The notes beneath the pieces are model-generated. The model was not told the DNA's origin and ran no database searches. It saw only the letters and a program-made list of their open reading frames with translations. DNA of 64,000 nt from Octopus sinensis (Eukaryota). The translations under genes and the position numbers were made by a program. Positions 23,800 to 35,214 of this stretch are shown here, in pieces (within the stretch, counting starts at the first letter, position 1; each line of letters begins with the position of its first letter). The stretch is taken from contig NC_043011.1 in NCBI RefSeq assembly GCF_006345805.1, forward strand, positions 806,001 to 870,000, read 5' to 3'.

Positions 23800-24910
23800 A
23801 AAAACAAAGTTAAAGTAGAACTATGGAGTAACACTCAAGGTGCACTAGATTGGTTCTCCAATATACAGACAGAAAATAGATGTAACCAAAAATTTTTACA
23901 AATCGACATGCAGAACTACTACTCCTCTATAAACCTTATTGTTCTTAATAGCGCTCTCATTTTTGCCAGGAGATAAAGTAACCTAAATATGAAGGAGATA
24001 GACGTGATACTTACCACCCGAAAGACTGTTATCGAATTTTATAACAAACTATGGGCTGGGAAAATACACCGGACCTCTTTGATATCACAATGGGCTCGCC
24101 GGACTCAGCGGAAGCGACAAACCTAGTATGATTATACATCTTGGATAATATAAGTAGAGAATTCCCAGAATTGAGTAGAAGTCTATATAGGGATGACACA
24201 CTATTTTTAGCAAGGAACTATTCAAATAGACGCTTTGAAATACTTTAGAAACGATTACATAAATTCTTTAATAGGTTTGGCCTATCCATATCTATGGAAA
24301 ATTAAAACTACTCAATCAACTATTTAAACGTAAATTGCAACTAAAACACTGGACTCCATGACTCTTATATGAAAGAAATCTCTATCTTAAGATGTATAAA
24401 TAATTCTAGTAACCATCCCCAGCAAATAAAAAGAGCCCTACTACGAAATATAAGTAAAAGGATCTCAAACCGTTTCTCTAATGAAGAGATCTTTGATAAG
24501 CACAAGGATAATTATAACATAGCACTAAAAAGGCAGGATATAAGGTCAAAATTAAATATTTCCCCAGAAACATTAATAGTAATAATAATAATAATATAGT
24601 CGGTAGTAGGGATAGGATTAATATCGGGAACAACAACAGCAATAATGATAATAGAAATAATAACACTAATAATAAGGATAATAAGAAAATAAACAATATA
24701 TCTATAAATCCTAACAGTAAATGCGGAAATTGAAGGAAACGGAGGCACAACAACTATAAAGGCCCTGATAGGGTAACAACTGCCAGCCCCAGTAATTGTG
24801 ACAACTACAACGCTACCAAAGATAGGTGCAAAAATAACAATAGAAGTATTAGAAATATGAAAAAACGATCCGTAAATAACAATAATAATAATAATAACAA
24901 CAACAACAAC

Positions 24911-24957
<47 letters not shown>
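23800..24957 (+). mobile_element. Penelope-like element PLE-1, RT part (5' half, split by the Dong insertion)
   Basis: WSNTQGALDWF..KFLQIDMQNYYSSIN (motif A), FDITMGSPDSAEATNLV (motif B), LYRDD (motif C), INNSSNHPQQIKRAL..ISKRIS (thumb). Contains stops and frameshifts. Confidence 0.85.
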
Positions 24958-25220
24958 GGAACACCGGGGGACGTTTAAGATGTAAGAAGGAAAATACAGA
25001 GCTCCGAAATCTATCCACAAACATCGAAAACAAGGACATCCTATGGAGCCAAAGTTTTACTAACAAAGAATTGAACTGTATCCGAGTAAGTAATACTAAT
25101 TGAAATTTATTACTATTTTCGAAACGAAACGATGTATTTTGACTCGATATCATCTCCACCTCTAACACAACACATGTAAACATACGTAAAACATCACGAT
25201 CATCCCCGACCCCAAACACC

Positions 25221-26739
25221 ATGTACAAAGGAACTACGAAGAAATTAAATGCCACCGATACTATTCAACCCAAGAATAACAATCGAGCGGTACGTACATT
25301 AAACTTACAACAAAAAATGTACGAAAAACTACACGTGCGAAATAATGTGACAACAGAAATAAACGGACCGGTACCCTACGAAAATGACGACCGTCAAAAT
25401 AATGGGCCGGACGTTGTACCTCATGTCCCGCAAATAAAACCCAAAAGACGTAAATGGACACGTGAGGAATACATTTCTATCTTACACGCATACTTCACAG
25501 CAGTACTCTACCCAAAAAATGAAAATACATATAAAATATGGAAGGAAAATAATAGAGATATAGACTTGGATACAGCAATGAACCCTAATAAATTAGCTAA
25601 CGTACGAAGATACATTCTCAACACAAAAAAAATATCAGAAATAGAAATAGAACATCTAAAAAAAAAATACACGAGGAAAATGTAGATAGAAGCCACACAA
25701 CAATGCCCAATAATATAAACACTGAAACTGTAAAACACGAAGACAAACGCAACATTCCCAACAAACACGATGTAAACAACGAAGGGGAGCCTAATGATTA
25801 TGATAATATAAAAAATAAAATAATCAAAGAACTGAAAACCACAGAGCTCACAATGGACCACCGACCATACCTCCCAAGAATCAAAATAAACGAAATAACA
25901 ACACCAATTATAAACAGCATAAACCTAGCCGTCACTGAACTAATAGCCACTGAAACAAAAAAAAGTGATATCACTGAGCTAAATAACTTAATATACGAAG
26001 CAGCCACTGCAGCCACAAAAGAAGCTGGATACTCACCCAAACCCGCCCAAACAGGAGTACCACCACCACCACCCAAACAAACCCCGTGGATAAATAACAT
26101 CCAAAACAAAATAAAAAAAATTAGAAAAGACCTGTCGATTCTTAATGAAATCAGCAAACAATCAACGCTACTGAGCAACAAAAAGAGAACAAAAATACTC
26201 CGCAAATATAACATCACAGAGAAAGATTTGCCTGAGATAAAACAAAAGCTGAAGCAAGATATCCTTGCCAAAGCACAAAGGATCCGCCGGTACGAGAAAC
26301 GCCAACGCTTCTTTGAACAGAACAAAAAGTTCAACTCCAACCCCAAAAAGCTCTACCAAGAACTGGGCAAAAATAAAATAGAAGTCACTGCAGCACCAAC
26401 GGCAGAAGAATTGGAAGAATTCTGGAGAGAAATATGGTCGGCGAACGAACAGCCAAAAAAAGGAGTATCAAAATAACAAACTCGGCATCTGAACAACTTT
26501 GGACCCCCATAACAACTGAAGAGGTCACCCAGGCACTGCAAAGACTAAGCAACTGGAAGGCACCTGGGCATGACAAGATCCCCAACTTCTGGTTGAAATA
26601 TCTAACAGGAATGCACAAAAAGCTGGCTGAAAACTTTAACAACATACTAGCAGAGCCAGAGACAATGCCTGAATGGCTCACGAAGGGGAAAACCATCTTA
26701 ATTCCCAAATCAAATGAAACAGCAAAACTAGAAAACTAG
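25221..26739 (+). pseudogene. R4/Dong ORF N-terminal region (three fragments joined by frameshifts in A-runs)
   Basis: ORFs 25221-25685, 25703-26476 and 26434-26739. They include KRRKWTREEY, QRIRRYEKRQRFFEQNKKF, WKAPGHDKIPNFWLK and WLTKGKTILIPK (pre-RT and RT0 regions). Confidence 0.8.
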
Positions 26740-26763
26740 AGACCAATAACCTGCCTCCCTACT

Positions 26764-27441
26764 ATGTTCAAGGCATTTACTGCAGTGATATCGCAAAGGC
26801 TGAACAAGCACCTGGACGAAAACAAACTGTTCCCAGAAGAGCAGAAAGGATGCCGCAAAGGCTCATATGGCTGTAAAGATCAACTAATGATTAATAAAGC
26901 CATAACTGAAGACAGCCACAGAAAGAAGAAAGGCCTCAGTATGGCCTGGATTGACTACAAAAAGGTGTTTGATAGCATCCCCCACACATGGATCCTCGAA
27001 ACACTAGCCATTAACAAAGTAGCACCAACAATCATAAAATTCATAGAGCACTCTATGAATAAATGGCAAACAGTCCTACACCTCCAAACAAAAGAGGGAC
27101 TCATGAAAACCAAAGACATCCCCATTAGAAGAGGAATATTCCAGGGAGACACGCTCTCTCCACTCCTTTTCTGCTTGGCACTGTCACCTCTATCTGATAT
27201 ACTAAATAGAACTGGATGCGGATATAAATGTTACGGCAAAACGATCAGCCACCTTTTATATATGGATGACCTAAAACTATACGCTGCAAATGACAAACAG
27301 CTGGAAACACTATTAAAGACAGTTCATGGATTTACCAAAGAAATAGATATGAAATTTGGATTAGAAAAATGCGCCAAAGTAACCATGAAAAGAGGAAAAC
27401 TAGTTAAGAGTAACAACATCACACTAGATAAAAACCAATGA
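26764..27441 (+). CDS. Non-LTR reverse transcriptase core (fragment of interrupted ORF)
   Basis: EEQKGCRKG, AWIDYKKVFDSIPH, RRGIFQGDTLSPLLF, HLLYMDDLKLY, FGLEKC. The preceding NYRPI motif carries a TAG at 26737-26739. Confidence 0.9.
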   Translation: MFKAFTAVISQRLNKHLDENKLFPEEQKGCRKGSYGCKDQLMINKAITEDSHRKKKGLSMAWIDYKKVFDSIPHTWILETLAINKVAPTIIKFIEHSMNKWQTVLHLQTKEGLMKTKDIPIRRGIFQGDTLSPLLFCLALSPLSDILNRTGCGYKCYGKTISHLLYMDDLKLYAANDKQLETLLKTVHGFTKEIDMKFGLEKCAKVTMKRGKLVKSNNITLDKNQ

Positions 27442-27993
27442 AATAAAAGAATTAGACCAAAGCCAAACTTACAAATACTTAGGAATCCATGAACTAGATA
27501 AGACACAACACACACAAATGAAAGAGAAAATAAAAAAAGAATATTATAGACGAGTTAGATCAATACTAAAAACAGAGCTCAATGCTAAAAACAAGATAAT
27601 AGGTATCAACACTTTAGCTGTCCCAGTTATAAGTTACAGCTACAATATCGTTAACTGGACACGAAATGAACTGACCAAAATAGATAGGAAAACAAGAAAA
27701 ATAATGACAGGATCTAGGATGCATCACCCAAAATCTGACATAGAAAGACTATATATACAACGTATAGAAGGTGGTAGAGGCCTTATACAGCTGGAAAACT
27801 ACTATAAAATAACCACCTGCAAAAATATCTACTTCAGAAGGAAGGAAAACTGATCCAGATAGCGGCAAAACACGAGCAAAACAAAAAACTGTTCTCAGTA
27901 TTTAAGGAAGCTGACAAATACAAACAAGAAATCATACCACCTAATAAACATGAAGAAAAAGAAGATGAAGAAACAACAAAAGCTATAAAACAA

Positions 27994-28809
27994 ATGAAAT
28001 CCAAACTAAAAATAGAACAGCAACGAACCATGATAAAACGATGGCAAGAAAAGCCCCTTCATGGTAAATACTGGACTAAACTAAACGCAAAAGAAATAGA
28101 CAAAGAAAAATCCCAGCAATGGTTGAGAAGCTCAGGACTCAAAGCAGAAACAGAGGGATTTTTAATTGCAGCACAAGACCAAAGCCTCCCCACCAGAAAT
28201 TACCAAAAACATGTAATGAAAAGAAATATTACAAGTAACTGCAGAATATGTGGAGATGGACAAGAAACAATAAATCATATTATCTCTAGCTGCCCAGTCC
28301 TGGCTAAGAAGGAATATATTCACAGACATGACAGAGTTGGAACCTACATACATTGGAAGCTATGCCAACATTATGGAATAACAACAGAAAAAAGATGGTA
28401 TAGGCACACACCAGAAAAGGCCACAGAAAACGAGAAAGCAACCATACTCTGGGATATGCCGATACACACAGATAGAGAAATTAAGGCCAACAGACCAGAT
28501 ATAGTTGTCAGAGATCATGAAGAAAAAAAATGCTTTCTAATTGATGTATCAATACCGGCAGATGACAACGTGTCTCTAAAAGAAATGGAGAAACTCTCAA
28601 AATACAAAGACCTGGAAATAGAGGTAACTAGAATGTGGAATCTGAAAACAGAAACAATTCCTATCATAGTAGGTGCATTAGGCATGATAAAAAAATATTC
28701 AGACAAATACATAACAAAAACACCAGGACTTACAAATACATATAACATACAGAAAATTGCACTACTAGGCACTGCACACATCCTACGCAGAACACTTTCA
28801 ATACAATAA
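27994..28809 (+). CDS. CCHC zinc knuckle and restriction-like endonuclease (fragment of interrupted ORF)
   Basis: CRICGDGQETINHIISSC, RHD, RPDIVV, LIDVSIP, EKLSKYKDL. Confidence 0.9.
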   Translation: MKSKLKIEQQRTMIKRWQEKPLHGKYWTKLNAKEIDKEKSQQWLRSSGLKAETEGFLIAAQDQSLPTRNYQKHVMKRNITSNCRICGDGQETINHIISSCPVLAKKEYIHRHDRVGTYIHWKLCQHYGITTEKRWYRHTPEKATENEKATILWDMPIHTDREIKANRPDIVVRDHEEKKCFLIDVSIPADDNVSLKEMEKLSKYKDLEIEVTRMWNLKTETIPIIVGALGMIKKYSDKYITKTPGLTNTYNIQKIALLGTAHILRRTLSIQ

Positions 28810-28903
28810 CCATCAGAGCATCACAACAAATCACAGCACATACCCAAGGCACACAGAGCTGCGCTCGGTAGTGAAGTGAAAGCACGCTATAAAAATAAAA
28901 CTA

Positions 28904-28943
<40 letters not shown>

Positions 28944-28947
<4 letters not shown>

Positions 28948-29358
28948 CAGTAACAATGCACATAACAAAAAAAAAACAATCACGGAAATAATGAAAATGA
29001 CACTGTCTGGTTAATCATCCCATTCTCTATGCAAATTGAGAATAACATAGTTAAAATAATATTTAGATTAATTAACAAACATTTTATAAGAGGAAAAAAC
29101 AAATACTGGGAGATTATTAATAACAAAACAATAAGAATAGGATGCAGTTTAACATATAATCTGGCTACCACCATCTCCTCAATAAACAATAGAAAATTGG
29201 ACACCTATTTAAGTAGGAAAAATAACAACACTAATATGCACACGAGTAATAACATTAGTCACAATAATGATAATAATAATAATAATAGTAATGATGGTAA
29301 TACTAGTAGTAACAGCAGTGTTGGTGATGATGATGATAATAATAATAATAGTAATAAA

Positions 29359-29419
<61 letters not shown>

Positions 29420-30250
29420 TTGAAATCAATAATAATAATGATAACAACAACAATAATAATAATTATGATACGAGCAATTTCAATAGTAATAACAACAACA
29501 GTATCGTTATTAGTATCAACAATAACCACAGCACCAATAATGCAATACCTAATGCTACCCATAATATTACTCCCACACAGCTATATAGAACCTGTGATTG
29601 TAGAATTAGCAGGAATTGTGTATACAACAATAATTGCATTAGAAAGGAAGTAGTCTATTAATGTGTAGTAAGTACGCAATCTGGTATTAAGGTATATGTA
29701 GGAGCAATTCAGAATAATATGAAACATAGATTTAATCACCATAGATACACGTTTAGAAACAGAAATAGAAGAAATTCAGCGGGACTGAGCAACAACATAT
29801 GGGAACTTAAGGATAAGGGAATTGAGTATAACCTGTATTGGAAGATTTTAACCACAGCACCAGCGTATAGAACAAAGAATAGGAAATGTATGTTATGCGT
29901 AAATGAAATTTTCTTTATGATTAAAGCCAGCCTTCCGCGTTAATTCTCTTAAGGAGAGAAACGTTTCCTGCCTTCACAAGACCAAGCACACTTTTTCTAA
30001 ATATCATTAGTACTAGTTATTTAACCCCTACTAGCACTAGCGCTCCTCCTTATTTGTATGATAATAACAATATTCCTATTATTAATACCTTCCTGTATAT
30101 GGTCACCATATAATGTTTGCGCTTTATACCCTGGTTCTTCTCACCCTAACAAGTATGCGATTGACCTTTTTCAGTTAGGTAATTGCATATACTTTTGAGT
30201 GCATATATGTACGAATATATGCATGTATGCTGCATGTGCAGATGTATATA
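28944..30250 (+). mobile_element. PLE-1 3' half: linker, Cys-rich motif, GIY-YIG endonuclease and 3' region
   Basis: VWLIIPFS..IFRLINKHF, poly-Asn, CDCRISRNCVYNNNC, VVY*C..VYVGAIQNNMKHRFNHHRYTF..LSNNIWELK..WKIL..CMLC. Confidence 0.85.
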
Positions 30251-30255
30251 TGGTT

Positions 30256-31030
30256 CTAGTAGGTGGCGTAGTTATAGAACATTTCCTCGGTGGCGGATAG
30301 ATCGGATATCCTGATGGATATACTTTTGATTAGACACTCAAATGTAAATTTATGGTGACTAGATTCTGTGTTGATGTACTTATGGTATCGATTGAGTTTA
30401 TGATATGGGAAGTAAAGTGAAGTGTTTAAATCTAAGGTAACATCCAGAAGGTTTGTTGTCTTGTAAGGGCTTTCAAAAAAGATAGATAGTTTAAAGTTGG
30501 CAAAAAGTTTATGTAAGAGTTTTCTAGTTTTTTCTAATACAGATTTTGTTGAGCCTGTTGCAATTAACAATGCATCATCTCTATATAAACCTCCTTTGAT
30601 GTTGGTGGAGTGTGTGTGTTGTTGAAGGAGGTACAGTCTGACTAGATCCGTAACCTGAGAGGAGTCGGGTGAGTCCATGGTTATATCCAAGAAGTTGTTT
30701 CTATTAGTATTGAGGTTAGCACGGCACCAAAGCTTATTGTCGAAGGATATGAGAGTCTACATCTATTTCTAAGGAGGTTAAGGTGGTTAGGTTTTCAGCT
30801 TTAAGGAGGATTGGTGATATGGAGGCATAGTAGTTGTTGATGTCGAATTGTAGGAATGAGGAGGTGGTCTTGTTTTGAAGCAGGTGGGACTAGGTAATGA
30901 CCTCACCTGTGCAGGACCATAAATTTACGTTTAGCTTCTTTCTAATAGTAGGTATAATTCTCTCTAGTATGTTTTTACTGATTCGTCGTATATCAGATTT
31001 GGTGGGGCAGATGAGCCTTATAGAGGGTTT
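30256..31030 (-). mobile_element. Penelope-like element PLE-2, RT fragment (opposite orientation to PLE-1)
   Basis: The minus strand reads FLQFDINNYYASIS (~30820-30860), DITMDSPDSSQVTDLV, GLYRDD, TNLLDVTLDL and YINTESSH. Confidence 0.85.
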
Positions 31031-31249
31031 GCATTCCTCCTCCTTTCTCTGTACTTCCAGCTTCCGTGCCCATACCTCTCTCTCTCTTTCTATTTATTTT
31101 TCTTTCTCTTTATCTATTATGGACTAGCATCTACACTATCAGAAAGTTGAACTGTGAACTTTTAGGTTTCTTTTTTCTTCATTTCTTTATTTCTCCAGTC
31201 GTTTATTTCATCGTTCCCTTAATCTATACCCTTCACATTTTCACTGTTT

Positions 31250-31288
31250 GTCTCCGATGACGGGATATCCCCAAAACAGCTGTAAGAC
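31250..31288 (+). ncRNA. Type I hammerhead-like motif (variant or degenerate) in a PLE pseudo-LTR
   Basis: GTCT-CCGATGA-C-GGG(ATAT)CCC-C-AAAA-CAGCTG-TA-AGAC. Stems I and II are intact and stem III is the palindrome ACAGCTGT. The core deviates at U4>C and G12>A. Confidence 0.6.
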
Positions 31289-31368
31289 TAAATTTTTCTA
31301 AAAATAATAATAATGTATATGACTTGAAATGTTTGTCTTGCCTTAGCATTTGTTGTCCTCTTTAACAA

Positions 31369-31409
<41 letters not shown>

Positions 31410-31410
<1 letters not shown>

Positions 31411-32665
31411 AGGATGCAGTGAATATATTGTCGTCTAGACTACGCAAAAATAAAAATAACACTGACATCTCATTTTAATAGATATATTTACAAAAATTAC
31501 ATAAAAATATCTTGAAATACTAAACAGTAAATTTATTCAATAAAATCGTCATTGACTTCAACCACGGCCTCCAGAAGACTTCGGAATCTCCTACAACTCT
31601 TCTGGACAGCCTCCTTGTTTAAGTTGGTGAATGCTGCTACAATCCTTGCCTTTAGTTAATCTTCGGTGCTACAAAAAGTTTTTTTGGTCTCTTGCTCAAC
31701 TGCGACCCACACATAAAAATCAAGGGGGTTGCAGTCTGCAGATGTCAGGGGTGATGTGGTCGCAGAAATTGTCTGACAGCTGTGATTGGGTTCTCCAGTT
31801 TGTGTGGCATGGTGCAGAGTCCTGTTGGCAGAGGTAGGGTCTTCCAGAAGCTACCCTCTTGACCTAGGGCAACACTGCCTTCTCCAGGCACTTGATGTAG
31901 GCCTCCATGCTGACTCTGAGGCCATGTGGGAAGATGAATGGAGGCAGAACGTCATCACTAGTGATCATGCCAAACACCATGACGTTCACTGGATATTTAA
32001 TTTTTATAACTCTCGGTATATGTGTGTTCACCATCTGATACCGGCAGAAATTTTTCTCATTTGAGAAAAACCAAAGCATGTTCGGTTGGGATGGGGGATG
32101 CTTGGGTTTGTTCCAAAGCTTCGTAGCACAGTGTTTCCTCTTGTCCTTGATGGCTTGGGATAAAAATTGGTCCTTTCTCATCTTGTATGAGGAATACCAA
32201 GTGTCTTCATGCACTACCTGCCTGATAAGAAACTCAGACACTCTCATGTCTCTGGCGATGGACCTGATTGACTTGGAGGGATCGTTATCAATCCTGACCG
32301 AGATCTCACCAACAAATTTGGATTTCTTTTCTTATCAGAACGATCAGAGTGAGTTTTTTGAGCTGCCGGGCCTTCATGATCACCATTAGACTCATCCAAC
32401 TCGTTCCAAATCCTCTGCACTGTTCTCAGATTGACACCCAAACACTCTGAAATATTCATGTTGGAGATTTTGGTGTGAATGCCAAGCAGTATAGCATGTC
32501 ACTTCCAAATTTCTGGCAGATTGAATTGCATCATGGTGCTGTTTTTCTCACAGACAGTGCCCAACTGACCCTACTATACTGTGTAGTCAACAGAATCAAA
32601 AACAAATAATGCACATGCATAAAATTATAAATATAAAATGGCGACGATTTACCCATCGCACCCAG
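31410..32665 (-). mobile_element. Full-length but decayed Tc1/mariner (maT-like) transposon
   Basis: TA-flanked ends. The minus strand reads NMLWFFSNEKNF, YPVNVMVFGMITSDDVLPPFIFPHG and downstream DDD remnants. The 5' end is collinear with the start of 18501-19302. Confidence 0.85.
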
Positions 32666-32673
32666 TATGCACA

Positions 32674-32705
<32 letters not shown>

Positions 32706-33764
32706 TGATATCGGATATATGATTTATGTATGTGTATATGAGTGTTTGTATGTTTGCGCCTCCTTGATTTCACATCACATGCTTGTTGTAAAATGATTTT
32801 CATTGTCATATGAGCAGTGTCATTCATTTCCAATATGCTGTGACTGTATGCCTGGTCACAAGGAAATATTACCTTGCTTGGAGGCAGCTGAGGGTTGGTG
32901 ACAGGAAGGTCATTTAGCCATTGGAAATCTGCTTCAATAGATTGCATTTGACCCATGCAAGCATGGAAAAGTGACTATCAAGATGGCAGTGAATATGACG
33001 ATGATATCTATGTGTATTAAATTAGCCAAAAGCTCTTAGATGTTAATTAAAGAAGAAATAGCTTTATATGACTTTAATGCATTTCCATAGGGTATATATA
33101 GCATAAGAGAATGAAAATGCTAGAAAAATGACAAGCTGCTAAATAAATACAAAACATTAGTCATGATCACACACTTTTAATTCTGTTGCATTCACTCTTT
33201 CTTTAAAGAATAAAGAATATGTTGTTAAAAATCATTTACCAAGCTATATGAAACAAAAAATATTGGTACAAAAGAAATATGAGTAAAAAAAAAATAGGTA
33301 TAAATAAATAAATAAATAAAAAAAAAAAGAAGAAAAGTGGGGAAAATAATGTTAACCGATAGATACATCCATTACTGGTAATTCCTGGAATTCAGTGACT
33401 TGTATCTTATAACTGTCTTCCAATTGAAACAAGGACATGTTTGGGCAGTCATGAATGAAACACAATTTCAAGGATTATTGCCACTATGAGCTCTCTAGAT
33501 TTTTGCAACAGTGAATAGACTAATTTGATATTGAAATTCTCAATACAAGATGATGTATATGATTTGATGAAGAGGAAATACGCGAGAGAGGGAGGGAGAG
33601 AGAGAGAGAGCGAGAGAGAGAGAGAGTGAGAGAGAGAGAAAGTAAAAAAATATTAAAATGATGAAAGTGAACGAAAAATAAGCAAGCAAATAATATTGGA
33701 AAATAGACACAAAACACCTGCACAAAAACAAAGCTGTGTATGTGTATGTATAGTCACACACTCA

Positions 33765-33803
<39 letters not shown>

Positions 33804-34104
33804 GTATATATACTCACATACATGTATGTATCCTCACCTTTATTTAATAGCCAGCTTCTAATTCTGCCATTAGATAGTTTGAGAGGGTCTCATGAATTGG
33901 AGGGCTGCACCATGCACCAATGTCTACTTTGGCATGAATTCTACAGCTGAATGCTCTTCCAAAAGCCAACAACTTTACAGAGTGTACAAAATGATTTTCA
34001 CATTGCTTCTGCACTACTGATGATCATATGTATATATTCATGTATATATATATATATATATATATATTTTTTAATCTATGATTGTGTGTGTGTGTGTATG
34101 TGTG

Positions 34105-34136
<32 letters not shown>

Positions 34137-34324
34137 CTTGTGCATATATGTGTGCTTATACATATATAAGGTGTTATAAAAGCTGTGTTCTCATGAAGCA
34201 CATCTATCTGTTCATATTAATCCAATGTATGTATATAGCTGTTTTATTTAAAATGAGGCATATATTTTCAATGAGCAATAGAAAATTTTAGGGAATTGAA
34301 ATTGCAGAGTAATTACATATCAAA

Positions 34325-34603
34325 ACAGAAGACTGGAACAAATTTGGTATATTTTAATCTTAATTCCATGTTATAAGTGTTTTATTACAGGATTGTAGTT
34401 ACAAAGATATACATGTAGGAAAAAACATGTATAAAATCTTCAGACAAAAACTCAAAAATAGTTATATTTTTTAACCTTTGTCTGAAGAATCATGGATAGG
34501 AGATTCTATACATGTTTTTTCTACATGTATACCTTTTAACCTTTTAACTCTTATCTTATAATGAAACACATGTAACATGGAATTAAAACTATATCAAATT
34601 TTT
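34325..34603. repeat. Nested imperfect inverted repeat (fold-back), probably PLE-derived
   Basis: ATACATGTAGGAAAAAACATGTATA..CTTCAGACAAA pairs with TTTGTCTGAAG..TATACATGTTTTTTCTACATGTAT. The outer arms AATTCCATGTTA/TAACATGGAATT also pair. Confidence 0.7.
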
Positions 34604-34611
34604 TCTAGTTT

Positions 34612-34921
34612 TCTTTGGCACATAAAAACACCATCCGAGCATGGCCGTCTGCCAGCCTCGTCTGGCACCTGTGTCGGTGGCACATAAAAAACACCATCCG
34701 AGCGTGGCCGTTCGCCAGCCTCGTCTGGCACCTGTGTCGGTGGCACATAAAATCACCCACTACACTCTCGGAGTGGTTGGCGTTAGGAAGGGCATCCAGC
34801 TGTAGAAATACTGCCAGATCTGACTGGCCTGGTGCAGCCTTCGGGCTCCCCAGACCCCAGTTGAACCGTCCAACCCATGCTAGCATGGAAAGCGGACGTT
34901 AAATGATGATGATGATGATGA

Positions 34922-34925
<4 letters not shown>
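34612..34925 (+). mobile_element. Family D element with an internal ~62-bp tandem duplication
   Basis: GGCACATAAAAACACCATCCGAGC.TGGCCGT...GGCACCTGTGTCGGT occurs twice, followed by the family D body and a (GAT)n tail. Confidence 0.8.
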
Positions 34926-34971
<46 letters not shown>

Positions 34972-35041
34972 CGGAGTAAACACATAAATGTGAAACAAGG
35001 TGGAAAAAAGAGTACTCAAATACCAGTGGTAGAGTAATATG

Positions 35042-35199
35042 CTTTATTTAAAGCAGCAGAAAATTCAACAAAACCTGTTACTCTGAGTTTCCCGTTACCG
35101 TTCATCGGACAGTTTTTGCTAGAAAAAACTGTCCGATGAACGGCAACGGGAAACTCAGAGTAACAGGTTTTGTTGAATTTTCTGTTGCTTTAAATAAAG
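35042..35199. mobile_element. Head-to-head PLE-type pseudo-LTR ends forming a 76-bp-arm hairpin, each arm holding a hammerhead-like motif
   Basis: Arms 35042-35117 and 35124-35199 differ at 2 positions. Both flanks are (TA)n-rich. Confidence 0.8.
35129..35166 (+). ncRNA. Type I hammerhead-like motif with CCGAUGA core (mirror copy at 35075-35112 on the minus strand)
   Basis: CTGT-CCGATGA-A-CG(GYAA)CG-G-GAAA-CTCAGAG-TA-ACAG: stem I 4 bp, short stem II, quasi-palindromic stem III, GUA triplet. Confidence 0.6.
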
Positions 35200-35214
35200 T
35201 ATATATATATATAT

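Larger units (their letters stand above)
24958..28943 (+). mobile_element. Near-full-length R4/Dong-clade non-LTR retrotransposon inserted in (AAT)n
   Basis: Single-ORF architecture with RT, CCHC and REL. Flanked by (AAT)n on both sides (24880-24957 and 28907-28943). AATAAA lies just before the tail. Confidence 0.92.
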
